Source: a bacterium (GTDB lineage: Bacteria > SZUA-182 > DTGQ01 > JAFGSM01). Taken from it: 56,697 nucleotides of DNA. Position numbers and translations under genes: made by a program. The notes below the pieces were generated by a model. That model worked only from the letters and a program-made list of their open reading frames with translations. It searched no databases and had not been told where the DNA came from. Where the stretch lies: contig JBLIRO010000030.1 in the NCBI GenBank assembly GCA_049472335.1, positions 1-56,697 of the forward strand, written 5' to 3'. Shown in pieces: positions 46,878 to 56,697 of this stretch (within the stretch, counting starts at the first letter, position 1; each line of letters begins with the position of its first letter).

Positions 46878-47705
46878 CTAGACAAGATCCGCAAATTCCC
46901 TCTCCACGCGGTTGAAATACAAAAAACCTGTCAGAAACGCTGATATAGTTAAAATCACTGAAAGGCCAAGCTGTGGCCAGGGAATCGTTTTATGCCCAAG
47001 AATACAAGCCCTGAAGCTTTCAATAATACCAGCCATTGGATTCAGATACAGTATCCATGAGTAGTTATTAGCAATGCTTGTGGGATAAATGACCGGCGTG
47101 ACAAAAAGCCAAAGTTGAACCATGAAGGGTATAATATACCGGATATCCCTATATCTTACATTCAATGCAGAAAGCCAGAGTCCGACACTGGTTGCGAGCA
47201 AAAATGTTAAAAATACAAGCAAAGGAAACAGGATCAACCCAAATCCGGGGATAAATCCGTACCAGACCATCATGCCAGCTAAAACGATCATAGCTATAAA
47301 AAAATCCACAAGCCCGGCAAGTGTTGCACCCATGGGAATGCATAGTCGTGGGAAGTAAACCTTTGTTATCAGATTTGAACTATTTACGAGACTGTTTCCT
47401 GATTGCGAAATGGCATTTGCAAAATAGGTCCAGGGTAAAAGCGCTGCATAAGAAAATATGGGATATGGGATACCATCCGATGGCATCCCGGCCATCTTAC
47501 CAAAAAAAATGGTGAATACCACCATGGTAAAAAACGGTTGAAGTATGGCCCAGGCAGCCCCGAGCACTGTTTGTTTGTAACGAACCTTGATATCCCGCCA
47601 AACGAGAAAATACAGAAGTTCACGATAACTTGCCAATTCCTTTAGATCAAAACCTGAAAGCAAACCCTTACGGGGTTCTATAATGGTGGCATTACTTTCT
47701 ATCAT
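46878..47705 (-). CDS. wzm: Polysaccharide ABC exporter permease
   Basis: RDIKVRYKQTVLG..WAILQP, KVYFPR, RYRD, LNPM. Confidence 0.92.
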   Translation of the reverse strand: MIESNATIIEPRKGLLSGFDLKELASYRELLYFLVWRDIKVRYKQTVLGAAWAILQPFFTMVVFTIFFGKMAGMPSDGIPYPIFSYAALLPWTYFANAISQSGNSLVNSSNLITKVYFPRLCIPMGATLAGLVDFFIAMIVLAGMMVWYGFIPGFGLILFPLLVFLTFLLATSVGLWLSALNVRYRDIRYIIPFMVQLWLFVTPVIYPTSIANNYSWILYLNPMAGIIESFRACILGHKTIPWPQLGLSVILTISAFLTGFLYFNRVEREFADLV

Positions 47706-47768
47706 TCTGAAAAATCCATTCTAGGTTATTAACTAAAATTATTATATAATTTGTGATTGCAAATCAGA

Positions 47769-49175
47769 TTATTTTTCAGGGAGTTGATCCTGCATTGAGA
47801 ATACAGATGCACCTTCCAGTTCAGGAAGCATCATAACCATTCCGGTTAAAAACCAAAAGGGCTCCATGATCCGGACAATAATAAATGTATTAGTGCCTAT
47901 CCCATGGACTAAAAGACCAATCAAACCTGCAATATAGCCTAATGATATCCCTTTAAAAAAGGATGATTTAACCTTTTTATAAGAGAACCAGGCATGCTTA
48001 AAAATGGAGATTATAAGTGCGATAAAGACAATGATTCCAACTATTCCTGTCTCTACAGCTATCCTTATATATTGGGCATCCATAAAGGAATACCCTGTAA
48101 CTCCGTATCCAAAGATAAAATGATTTTCCAGCCAGTCCCTTAAACCTTTCTTCCAATCAGACAATCTCACCGATGTTGATTGATCCACCGGCCGGCCTAA
48201 TATGCTTTGTTGCTGCCAGCTAACCTTCTTGTTGACGAATGTGTTTGAGACCCTCCTTCTGACACTATCCGGCGCGAAAAAGACAAAAATGAATGCCACC
48301 ACCATAGTAATGAGAATGGCTGATATTCGTTTTTTACCTTTCAGAAAAATAACAAAGAAAGGGACGATAGACAAAGCTGCGAGCCAGGAACTCCTTGAAA
48401 GCGTATATAGAATTACCACAGTAATGATTATGGAAAAAATCCCCAACCAGACCTTCCTGTTAATTGAATCTATCATAAAAAAAAGCCCTATGCATAAAGA
48501 AAGCATAAGGACCATATATCCTCCCAATGTATTGGGTTCTCCATGCATTCCTTCAAACGGGGCTGTAATGCGAACCCCCTTGGGAATTTGTGAGATGGCC
48601 ACAATACATACTATAAAACAGGTCAAAAGGAGGAGAAGCGTATAGTCCCGAATCTGTTTTTTATCATGAAGGTGATTGACCAGAATGAAATATACAATAA
48701 TATATTCAAAATATTTTAATACAAAGAGGAAACCGGTCTTTATGTCTACTCTGCCGGCGATCATTCCCATACCAGTCGAGAAAGCACATACGACGATATA
48801 GCCTATGATATATGGATTGAGAGGAGTTTTTCTCAAAAGGCCCAATTCATCCAATTCTTTGTAATAGGCATTTTTTGCCAGCCAGGCAAACGCTACTATT
48901 ATCAGGATGAAATCCTCTATCCGGAGGGTCATGCCCCGCCCTGAAACGGTCCTTTGACCAAACTCAGGTGAGAGAAGCATTGAAAAAATGAGGATATATA
49001 GGGCCATATTGGTGTCCAAAAAGGAAATAAAAAACAGGGAGATCGCGATGGTGACACCTATCGCCAGGGTAGGCCTTAGTTGAGAAATAAAAAAAGAAGT
49101 GCTCAGTAGCAGAATTATAAATATGAATAGAAGCAGTAGCTGAAAAGAACTTGAAATTCTATATTCATGGATCAT
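47769..49175 (-). CDS. O-antigen ligase/Wzy_C-family polymerase
   Basis: Multi-TM, EPNTLGGY, TLSRSSW, FGYG, ETGIVG. Confidence 0.8.
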   Translation of the reverse strand: MIHEYRISSSFQLLLLFIFIILLLSTSFFISQLRPTLAIGVTIAISLFFISFLDTNMALYILIFSMLLSPEFGQRTVSGRGMTLRIEDFILIIVAFAWLAKNAYYKELDELGLLRKTPLNPYIIGYIVVCAFSTGMGMIAGRVDIKTGFLFVLKYFEYIIVYFILVNHLHDKKQIRDYTLLLLLTCFIVCIVAISQIPKGVRITAPFEGMHGEPNTLGGYMVLMLSLCIGLFFMIDSINRKVWLGIFSIIITVVILYTLSRSSWLAALSIVPFFVIFLKGKKRISAILITMVVAFIFVFFAPDSVRRRVSNTFVNKKVSWQQQSILGRPVDQSTSVRLSDWKKGLRDWLENHFIFGYGVTGYSFMDAQYIRIAVETGIVGIIVFIALIISIFKHAWFSYKKVKSSFFKGISLGYIAGLIGLLVHGIGTNTFIIVRIMEPFWFLTGMVMMLPELEGASVFSMQDQLPEK

Positions 49176-49194
49176 TGGGAATATATTCTAGTGG

Positions 49195-51351
49195 CTATTT
49201 TTTTTCTTCGTAATATTGATAAATTTTATAACCGGATGTATAAATTTCTTTGAGAGCATCCTGTTTCAAGCCATTAAAGATGATTCCCAGAACATTCGCC
49301 TTTACGAATTCCAACTGGATTTTGGCACGCTTTAGGAGCATCTGACTGACATTTCCTACCCGGTAGACAATGATAGTCCCGTCCACCTTTGAACTTAAAG
49401 AGATGGCATCGCTAACAGGGATGATGGGAGTGGAATCAAAGATGATGTAATCATAATGCGTTTTCAACTGATTCAACAGGTTATCCATATGATCTGAGTG
49501 CAGTATCTCCACAGACTGTATAGTGGGAACTCCGCAGGTCATTATGTGTAAATTATCCAAACCAGGTGCACTAATGGCGTTTTTAACACTGAGATTTCCT
49601 AAAAGGATATCCGCTACATCCCGTACCGCCTTCTTCCAAGTGCAATTACCGAGAAGAACATCTACAAGTCCTGGGGACCTGTCGATGCCGAATATTTTAT
49701 TGAGCTTTGGTCTTCTGAAATCTCCGCCTATGAGAAGTGTCTTTTTGCCAATCTGGGAGAGGGCGAAAGCCAGATTCACGCTAACTGCGGTTTTGCCTTC
49801 TCCATCCACAGAGCTTGTAACAAGAAGCGATTTGATTTTCTTCTCATCTGTAATGAATTGGAGAGTTGTCCTCAAAGTCCGGTACATCTCTGAGGTCAAA
49901 TATTTGGGGACACACAAGGTAATCAGATACATTATGTTTTCCATTACCTTTTCATTATCTATTTTAATGGCATGCCTGCGCAAATATTTTTCAATGTTTT
50001 CCTGGGTCATGTAGGGTATCATTCCAAGGGCCGGAACTTTCAAGTATGACTCCACTTCCTCGATAGTGCTAATAGTTGGATCCAGGCTTTCAGCAAGAAA
50101 TGATGCCACCATGCCAATGATCAGTCCAATAATAGTCCCGATCATAGAGGATTTTTTACTATTATGAGGGTTGATCGGTTCCTTGGGAAGCAATGCCGGC
50201 CTGATTATATATATCTCCTCAATGGGACCTGATTCTCTGATAAGGACTTCCTGATATTTTTCCTTCAGAAAGGTCACTATCTTTTCATTCAGATCAATAT
50301 CCCTTAACAATCTATCTTGACCCATTTCATAATCCAGTAATAACTCTGCTTTGCCTTCTAATGACGATATAAAATTTTGTGCCAGTTTTTCATCCTTTTG
50401 CAGGTTTTTAAGCTTGGATCTCAGATGATTCAAGATATCGGTTTTTATTCCTAATATCTGTTTTTCCAGCTTCTTCACAGCAGGATGTTCTTCCGTATAA
50501 TCAAGCAGTAGCGCTTCCCTTTCAGTGACAAGGTCCTGTAATTTGCTAGAGAACTCTTCCAAATCAGGGGTTAGAAAAATCGTATTAAATACATCGTAAA
50601 TAGACGTGCCTTTATGATTCAGCTCGTCAATCATCCAATTGGTTGTCTTCTTTAGCTTTTCAATTTCTGCGAGTTTTATCTCCGCCTTAACATATTCTTC
50701 AGAGATATGACCTGTTGTTTTAACATTACCGTTAAAAAGGCCATTGCCTCTACGGTATTCCTTCAGGTCCTCTTCTACCTCCATGAGTCGATGATTTTGC
50801 TTTCCCAAAAGGTCTTCGATAAGTGACTTGGCTTCTGTGATACGTTTGTTATTAAGTCCGAGATTTTCGTGTCTGAAAGTCTCTGTTATGGTATTGGCCA
50901 GGATTTGAGCCTCACGAGGTTTCTCTGAGGTTACACTTATTTCCAGAATATTTGTTGAGGATACTTGAGTAGCGGAAATTTGTGATTGAATTCTGTTGAT
51001 TTTATTGATTGCGTCTTCATTATTGAGAATATCGTTTCTATCCATATTAGGATCAATATAACCCAGCTTTTTGGCAACGCTTTCAATAAGAGAAAAGCTC
51101 TTCACTATGCGGGCGTTTGTCTCCATGTCATTCCAGGATGTCCATCTGATAACTTCGAGTAAAAGGCCGGAAAATGTGCTGTTTCTTTCTATTCTTACCT
51201 GTGTGGTAGCCCTGTAGAGTGGTATCGGTCTTTTTATGTAAGAAAATATAAAGCTAAAAGTCCCGATCAAAAGCGTTATTAGAATAATTAGCGCCTTCCT
51301 TTTACGGATGATAAACCAGTAGTCTTTAAGATTTAATTCATATTGAGGCAT
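49195..51351 (-). CDS. wzc: Polysaccharide co-polymerase/tyrosine autokinase (Wzc-like)
   Basis: Wzz-like N-terminus, HPAV, Walker A SSVDGEGKT, DFRRP, FDSTP and a C-terminal Tyr cluster (YTSGYKIYQYYE). Confidence 0.88.
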   Translation of the reverse strand: MPQYELNLKDYWFIIRKRKALIILITLLIGTFSFIFSYIKRPIPLYRATTQVRIERNSTFSGLLLEVIRWTSWNDMETNARIVKSFSLIESVAKKLGYIDPNMDRNDILNNEDAINKINRIQSQISATQVSSTNILEISVTSEKPREAQILANTITETFRHENLGLNNKRITEAKSLIEDLLGKQNHRLMEVEEDLKEYRRGNGLFNGNVKTTGHISEEYVKAEIKLAEIEKLKKTTNWMIDELNHKGTSIYDVFNTIFLTPDLEEFSSKLQDLVTEREALLLDYTEEHPAVKKLEKQILGIKTDILNHLRSKLKNLQKDEKLAQNFISSLEGKAELLLDYEMGQDRLLRDIDLNEKIVTFLKEKYQEVLIRESGPIEEIYIIRPALLPKEPINPHNSKKSSMIGTIIGLIIGMVASFLAESLDPTISTIEEVESYLKVPALGMIPYMTQENIEKYLRRHAIKIDNEKVMENIMYLITLCVPKYLTSEMYRTLRTTLQFITDEKKIKSLLVTSSVDGEGKTAVSVNLAFALSQIGKKTLLIGGDFRRPKLNKIFGIDRSPGLVDVLLGNCTWKKAVRDVADILLGNLSVKNAISAPGLDNLHIMTCGVPTIQSVEILHSDHMDNLLNQLKTHYDYIIFDSTPIIPVSDAISLSSKVDGTIIVYRVGNVSQMLLKRAKIQLEFVKANVLGIIFNGLKQDALKEIYTSGYKIYQYYEEKK

Positions 51352-51383
51352 TTGATTTATCCTTTTGCACCATTAATTTCCCT

Positions 51384-53732
51384 TTAATGTTGATAATAAG
51401 GGCCAAGATCAAGCCTTAATTCCAATTCTTCGGGGTCCTCAACCGTATTGACCAGAGCAACAGGATAGAGTACGAGTCTTAGCAGATAATCGATCTTTTC
51501 AACAAAAAGTTTAAGATTGGCTATTTTGCTCTTTGGTATATATACTACGTCATTATTCAGGAGATCGACATTATTAACAATATCCCCTTTTTTTATTATG
51601 CCGCCCAAATCACAGGATATGACCTCAGGAGCCGAGAGGTCCCCCCGGACTACCTTTACAGAGTCCAGTCGGGCATCTTTTCCGTACCCTCCCGCTTTGG
51701 CAATTACATCCAATAATGTCAAAGGACCTGAAAAAGGATAGATACCCGGAGATTTGACCTCCCCGAATACATAAACCTTGGAGCTATTGTCACTAATCCT
51801 GGGGACAAATACAACATCGTTATTATCGAGGATGATATTCTGTGATAAGTCGGCATAGAAAATGGCCTTATACAGGTTTACCTTTTGTGTTACGCCCTTT
51901 TGAATGACCTCGATACTTTTGAGGTCTGCCTCGGGTCCAGGTCCACCAGCCCTGGCTATAAGCTCCAGGATCCTTGTCTTCCCGGAAAGGTAATAGGTCC
52001 CGGCCCCTCTATTAGGACCTGGCCTGGCAATAGATCCGAGAACGGTCGCCTTTTTGCTCTTGCAATCAACAACTCTGATATCTATTCTGGGGCTATGAAC
52101 GAATCTTTTCATTTTTTCCGTCAATAAATTGTCTGCCTCGGAAGCGGTCAGATCACCTATCTTAAAATCATCAAAAAAAGGAGTGGATATTGTCCCATTC
52201 GGTCTTACATGGACTGTGTAAACCTTTGAATCCATCCCTTCCCAGTATGTTATTTCAACCGTATCATCCGGTCCTATTATATATTCCGGCACCCCATTTA
52301 TCATACGATAGACTTGATTTTCTTTATCTTTAAGCATTTTCTTGGTTAAGGTATCCTGGGGAGAATTTACACCTGTTCTGTTTTTCTTATTTTCAATGGT
52401 TCCCAGAGCCTTTTCCTTGGATTCATCCTCAATTGAACCAGTATTTAATTTTGCGTTTTCTTGGTCAATCTTGTCTGAATTTGTAATATCCAACCAGATT
52501 TTCACTCCCTGTCCCTTACTAGCGGCAGCCAGATCAATATGCCCATCCTGATCAAAGTCATTCAGGAGCATATCATAGTAGCTTCCAAAATTGGGAAGCA
52601 ATCCATCTATTGACTCCCATTCCCTGGCACTTATTTTCATATCTCCGTTCTTATTCTCCCATTCAATGCATTGCCCTTTTCCGGCATTGCTCCAGATACC
52701 GATCCCTTTATCGTCAAAAGAGCTTGCCAGGATATCCAACCATCCATCTTCATTCAGATCATAAACCAGGACATCCCAAAAATGTCCGGCATCGATTAGG
52801 ATCTGGGGTGGAGAAAAAAGACCCGTACAATCCCCATAATAGATCCTTATGCCATCCTGATATGTCGAAGCTATTAAATCGATTATATAGTCATTGTTCA
52901 GATCAGCGGCCTCGATTCCCCAGAAATTCCCACTATCCAGAGCGGGCATTGCCGCCCAGTTCTGCATTCCTTTCCGGCCAAGCCATACCATAAGTTGTCC
53001 GTTCGGCCCCCAACTGGTTCCGGCAATGTCCAATTGATCATCAAGATTAAAATCTGCCACTGCGACATTTGTGAACCTGCCGTTTGCTATGGGTCCGACA
53101 TTATGGCCCCAATCCCCCCCTGAATTACCAAGCCATATATGGATGCCTCCCCCCACACCCTTTTCTTCAGAATAATTTGCCGCCAGAATATCCATTTTCC
53201 GGTCAGCATTTAAGTCATAAAGAAAAACACCATCATAAAGATCGGATTTTGTAGGTGCTTTAATCTCCTGCCATATATCATTACCCTTGTTTACCCATAT
53301 AACAATTCCTTCCTTTTTTTCCCATATGGAAATACATATATCCTGAAGTCCATCATTATTGATATCACCGACCGAAATGGAATGGATGGCGCCATAAACC
53401 GGCAATTTTACAATCTTATCCCAAGTTCCGTTACCTTCTCCATAAAAGATGACAACATCATGACCCGAAGGTACTGAACTGCCTGCAACAATATCCATAT
53501 GCCCATCGCAATCAAAGTCTCCCGCAGCGATCGTTTGAAAATTGCCTGCGAAAGGCAGTCCCTGCAAAGCTGAAATATTTCCCGCAGACATATTTCGCAT
53601 GGGCTTGCTACATCCATGGCAAAAAAAGAACAATAGTATTGAGAAGGCAATAAAATAATATATGCGGCGATGGTTATTAAAGAAAAAATCCTTTTCTTTT
53701 AAATAAAATATCAATTTCCTGTTTCTCATCAT
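51384..53732 (-). CDS. FG-GAP/VCBS-repeat domain fused to a polysaccharide export (Wza-like Poly_export + SLBB) module
   Basis: Lipobox-like HGC; repeated D.N.DG..DI motifs; then YIIGPDD, VRPNG.IS, VYVFGEVKSPG, NDVVYIP. Confidence 0.85.
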   Translation of the reverse strand: MMRNRKLIFYLKEKDFFFNNHRRIYYFIAFSILLFFFCHGCSKPMRNMSAGNISALQGLPFAGNFQTIAAGDFDCDGHMDIVAGSSVPSGHDVVIFYGEGNGTWDKIVKLPVYGAIHSISVGDINNDGLQDICISIWEKKEGIVIWVNKGNDIWQEIKAPTKSDLYDGVFLYDLNADRKMDILAANYSEEKGVGGGIHIWLGNSGGDWGHNVGPIANGRFTNVAVADFNLDDQLDIAGTSWGPNGQLMVWLGRKGMQNWAAMPALDSGNFWGIEAADLNNDYIIDLIASTYQDGIRIYYGDCTGLFSPPQILIDAGHFWDVLVYDLNEDGWLDILASSFDDKGIGIWSNAGKGQCIEWENKNGDMKISAREWESIDGLLPNFGSYYDMLLNDFDQDGHIDLAAASKGQGVKIWLDITNSDKIDQENAKLNTGSIEDESKEKALGTIENKKNRTGVNSPQDTLTKKMLKDKENQVYRMINGVPEYIIGPDDTVEITYWEGMDSKVYTVHVRPNGTISTPFFDDFKIGDLTASEADNLLTEKMKRFVHSPRIDIRVVDCKSKKATVLGSIARPGPNRGAGTYYLSGKTRILELIARAGGPGPEADLKSIEVIQKGVTQKVNLYKAIFYADLSQNIILDNNDVVFVPRISDNSSKVYVFGEVKSPGIYPFSGPLTLLDVIAKAGGYGKDARLDSVKVVRGDLSAPEVISCDLGGIIKKGDIVNNVDLLNNDVVYIPKSKIANLKLFVEKIDYLLRLVLYPVALVNTVEDPEELELRLDLGPYYQH

Positions 53733-53734
53733 TG

Positions 53735-54781
53735 TTAATTTGCCATTAAGTTTGAAGTCCCGGGGTTAAATTCTTCAAAATTAAATGATCCTCTAATCTG
53801 TAAAAAAGGATTGGTGCTTAATTTGATAACCTTCGGTCTTTTCAATTGTATCCTGTTAGAATCAAAATATATCAAAATATCAGGTCTTAGAGGATATTGT
53901 TTGGCTATCCCTATAACCTGGCCAATCTCTTTCGAATTAAGCTGTATATAGCTTCCAGGAGGAAATGGAGAAATTTCTCTGAGCAAAGTCTTGACAAGTT
54001 CCGGGGAGAAAAAATCCTTTTGGGTGCCCAAAATGGATTCTATGGCATCCGGAGGGGATTGAGTCTTCTTCCACGGACGCGGATGGACCATCGCATCCAC
54101 TGTATCGGCAAGGCCAATGATTTTTGCCATTAAATTAATCTGGTCTTCGGCTAATCCCTCAGGATAACCTTGTCCATTTTCACGTTCATGCTCCTGATAA
54201 CAAATGGTTGCCAGCCATTCATACGCCTCTCCCAATTCCGACAAATAAGCTCTCCCGATATTGGGGTGTCTTGCTATGGCCTTTTTTTCCTTATCAGACA
54301 GGTTTGTTTCTTTATTTATTATTGACATGGCTATACTTCCCATGCCTATATCATGAACCAGGGCGGCAAGGCCGAGTTGTTTTAATTCTGCTTCTGAATA
54401 CTCCTTTATTGCCATACCTAGTTTTAAACTCAGGATTGTTACATTCACAGAATGATGTGTTAAAATATCATACTTCTCTTTAGGCATAAAAACGTTGAAG
54501 AGGAGATCGTCTCCCATCGACAGATTTCCCATTATCTTTGACATAAGCTCATCTTTTTCCACCTGACGGATAAGTTTTTTCAGTCTGTCAAAAGTGGCCT
54601 TTTTATCTGTATTGAAGGCAACTGCCCATCCATAAATATCTTTTGCTTTGTGCCATAGTTGTTTATACAGCAATTCATACAGAAAGGGGTGTTTGTGTTT
54701 ACATTTGGGTTCTTCTTCAAGTGTAAAATCTTTGAAGGCTTTGAATTGGCTTTGTCGTTCTGAAAGATTCTCGTTCTGCAT
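53735..54781 (-). CDS. HD-GYP-domain protein with non-canonical motifs
   Basis: HSVNV, HDIGM, QEHERENGQGYP, ADTVDAM, RPWK. Confidence 0.85.
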   Translation of the reverse strand: MQNENLSERQSQFKAFKDFTLEEEPKCKHKHPFLYELLYKQLWHKAKDIYGWAVAFNTDKKATFDRLKKLIRQVEKDELMSKIMGNLSMGDDLLFNVFMPKEKYDILTHHSVNVTILSLKLGMAIKEYSEAELKQLGLAALVHDIGMGSIAMSIINKETNLSDKEKKAIARHPNIGRAYLSELGEAYEWLATICYQEHERENGQGYPEGLAEDQINLMAKIIGLADTVDAMVHPRPWKKTQSPPDAIESILGTQKDFFSPELVKTLLREISPFPPGSYIQLNSKEIGQVIGIAKQYPLRPDILIYFDSNRIQLKRPKVIKLSTNPFLQIRGSFNFEEFNPGTSNLMAN

Positions 54782-54999
54782 CGCTCGTAAACCCTTTTCT
54801 AATTAGACCTTGTTTTTCCAAGTGAACTTTATCTATTCTTCTGATACTAACCGGTTATCTTAATACTTACCAACATAGAATATCAGGAGCAGCAGCCCTA
54901 TAAATAATAAGGACGTTCATGAAACCAATAAGTTAACATAGGTATTTATTTCATCATCGGCACTTGAATTTAAATTATTCAATAATTTTATTGTATTCT

Positions 55000-56187
55000 T
55001 TATAAAGAATCGCTATCCTGTGTTTTATATTTTTCCTTCAATTCATTGTTTCCCAAATGTTCTAAAATGGTAAAGAGAGCTATAATCCCTATCCCCTGTA
55101 TGAGGAGAAGCACGGCATGCATTGAATTAATCTGGCGTATGAGAACCGCCCCTGCTCCGAGACAAATTTCAAAGAGAAAGATAAACATAACAACCTCTTT
55201 TTTGCTCATACCCAAGGCCTCAAGCCGATGATGCAAATGATCTTTGCCCACGAAATCTATCCATTCCTTGAAGGTTGAAACTTTCTGACTCATAAAGCGA
55301 TCCAGAGAGATATGAATCAAATCAAATATAAGTAGTCCGAAGATGAGCAAGGGCGGAGTAAATGTTTTAATTAGATTATCAGAACCCCATCTACCCATCA
55401 CTGCCAGAGATGCCAACATAAACCCCAAGAAGGTGCTTCCCGCGTCTCCGAGAAATATGGTTGCATCATGGATCCTGAGATTATAAGGGAGGAATCCCAG
55501 ACAACTCCCGGCAATCGCTGCCAATGCCCATCCCAAAGATGGCTGGAATGATTGTAAAGCCACTGTGCCAAGATAAAATGCGATTATAATAGAAGACCCG
55601 GCAGCAAGGCCGTCCAAGCCATCCAGGAAATTGAGCGCGTTTGTTATCCCTAATATCCATAAAAAAGTCAATAGCCACTCTATCAAAATTCCCCAAATCC
55701 CTCCCGGAAGAAAAACAAAATGGATACCATTCCATATGACTATAACAACAGCCAAAATCTGAAGCATCAACCTGAACACTGCACTGGTTCCTTTGTAGTC
55801 ATCCAAAATACCAATTCCTAAAACAAAGGTCCCCGCAATAATAAGCGCAACCAACTCCCTGGAAAAAACGGCATATAGTCCAAGTGAAATAACAAAACCA
55901 AAATAAATGCTTAGTCCGCCTAATAAAGGGGTGGGACCACTATGCGCCTTTCTTTCATCAGGAATATCAAGAAACTGTAATTTCCAGGATAAAAAACGGA
56001 CAAAAGGGGTTATGAGAAATGAAATCCCCGCGGAAAGAACAAGGATAGAAACCCACCGTATACCCCACATATTGAATCTGCTTCTGAATCCGGGGATGAC
56101 AAGCGCCAATGTCACAAATAAAATGATAAGGTATGATAATGATTTTAATGTTATTTTCCTTTGAAATTCCCTATCGGGCATTTTCAT
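55000..56187 (-). CDS. wecA: Undecaprenyl-phosphate GlcNAc-1-phosphate transferase (WecA/TagO family)
   Basis: RKAH..PTPLLGG, GILDD, NALNFLDGLDGLAAG, IFLGDAGS, HLHHRL. Confidence 0.88.
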   Translation of the reverse strand: MKMPDREFQRKITLKSLSYLIILFVTLALVIPGFRSRFNMWGIRWVSILVLSAGISFLITPFVRFLSWKLQFLDIPDERKAHSGPTPLLGGLSIYFGFVISLGLYAVFSRELVALIIAGTFVLGIGILDDYKGTSAVFRLMLQILAVVIVIWNGIHFVFLPGGIWGILIEWLLTFLWILGITNALNFLDGLDGLAAGSSIIIAFYLGTVALQSFQPSLGWALAAIAGSCLGFLPYNLRIHDATIFLGDAGSTFLGFMLASLAVMGRWGSDNLIKTFTPPLLIFGLLIFDLIHISLDRFMSQKVSTFKEWIDFVGKDHLHHRLEALGMSKKEVVMFIFLFEICLGAGAVLIRQINSMHAVLLLIQGIGIIALFTILEHLGNNELKEKYKTQDSDSL

Positions 56188-56224
56188 TATCCTTTGTGAA
56201 TCGGAAATTCATGATTTAAAAGGA

Positions 56225-56697
56225 TTATATGCTTAAACCCTTTTTTAAAAAACAGATCTCACGCTCTATTTCATTTTTACCGAGATCGGGATAAATAGGC
56301 AGTGAAATTGTATTCATCCAGGCCTTTTCAGTACCAGCAAAACATATTCTTTTATTTATCGGCTTTTGATGGTCTAAAAGATGTAAAGGGGAAAATATAG
56401 GCCTTTCAGCCCTGATACTATTTTGTTGTAAAAAATCTAAAACCGGATCTATAGGTTGGTTTAACTTAAGGCAATAACGAAAGTAAATATGCTTCCTGAA
56501 GGGCATATCCGATGGAAGCTCTATGAACATGGATTTTAGTGCCATATTAAATTGTGAGGCAAATTCTCTGCGTCTGGATATAAATCCGTCCAATTTCTTT
56601 AACTGGCAACGCCCCATTACAGCCTGAACATCATTCATTAAATATGGAAGGTGCAGACCCAGCCCCTTTTTTTTATCAACACCGTTCAGGTCCCTTA
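56225..56697 (-). CDS. C-terminal part of a DegT/DnrJ/EryC1/StrS-family aminotransferase-like protein (5' end outside window)
   Basis: MNDVQA..G..QL.KLD....RR and ISLPIYP.L. The frame stays open upstream of 56638 to the window edge. Confidence 0.75.
   Translation of the reverse strand, partial: RDLNGVDKKKGLGLHLPYLMNDVQAVMGRCQLKKLDGFISRRREFASQFNMALKSMFIELPSDMPFRKHIYFRYCLKLNQPIDPVLDFLQQNSIRAERPIFSPLHLLDHQKPINKRICFAGTEKAWMNTISLPIYPDLGKNEIEREICFLKKGLSI

Noticed and set aside
54782..54999. Possible small membrane peptide or RNA between wecA and the HD-GYP gene
   Set aside because: The hydrophobic frame lacks a start codon and no convincing structure is visible.
1..56697. rRNA, tRNA, CRISPR arrays, IS elements, prophage genes
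   Set aside because: None recognised by eye; small RNAs could have been missed without covariance searches.

Overview
AT-rich bacterial chromosomal window; the gene families look Desulfobacterota/Nitrospirota-like, which is inference only. It has four blocks. (1) 1-9.5 kb is a putative defence/conflict island. A vapBC-type TA pair faces a tightly coupled four-gene minus-strand operon: an XRE-HTH/antitoxin-like gene, a PIN toxin, a 1747-aa protein (DUF4062-like domain plus three P-loop NTPase modules: NACHT, NACHT, AAA/STAND) and a 639-aa AAA/STAND + calcineurin-like phosphoesterase fusion. This is the best candidate for an undescribed system. (2) 9.7-18.8 kb holds an ECF transporter, small membrane proteins, a nitroreductase, a thioredoxin-CcdA fusion and a large secreted protein. 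(3) 19-28.5 kb is a signalling block with two paralogous sigma-54 activators. Each is followed by the same cis architecture (TGTAAA-N5-TTTACA palindrome, IHF site, -24/-12 promoter) and, further downstream, by the same C-rich hairpin, a candidate sRNA or RNA element. (4) 28.6-56.7 kb is a large minus-strand polysaccharide cluster combining Wza/Wzc/Wzy-like and Wzm/Wzt export. It includes an FG-GAP-Wza fusion, an AsnB homolog lacking its catalytic Cys, four methyltransferases and a non-canonical HD-GYP protein. No rRNA, tRNA, CRISPR array, integrase or transposase was seen. All family calls come from motif recognition by eye, not database searches.
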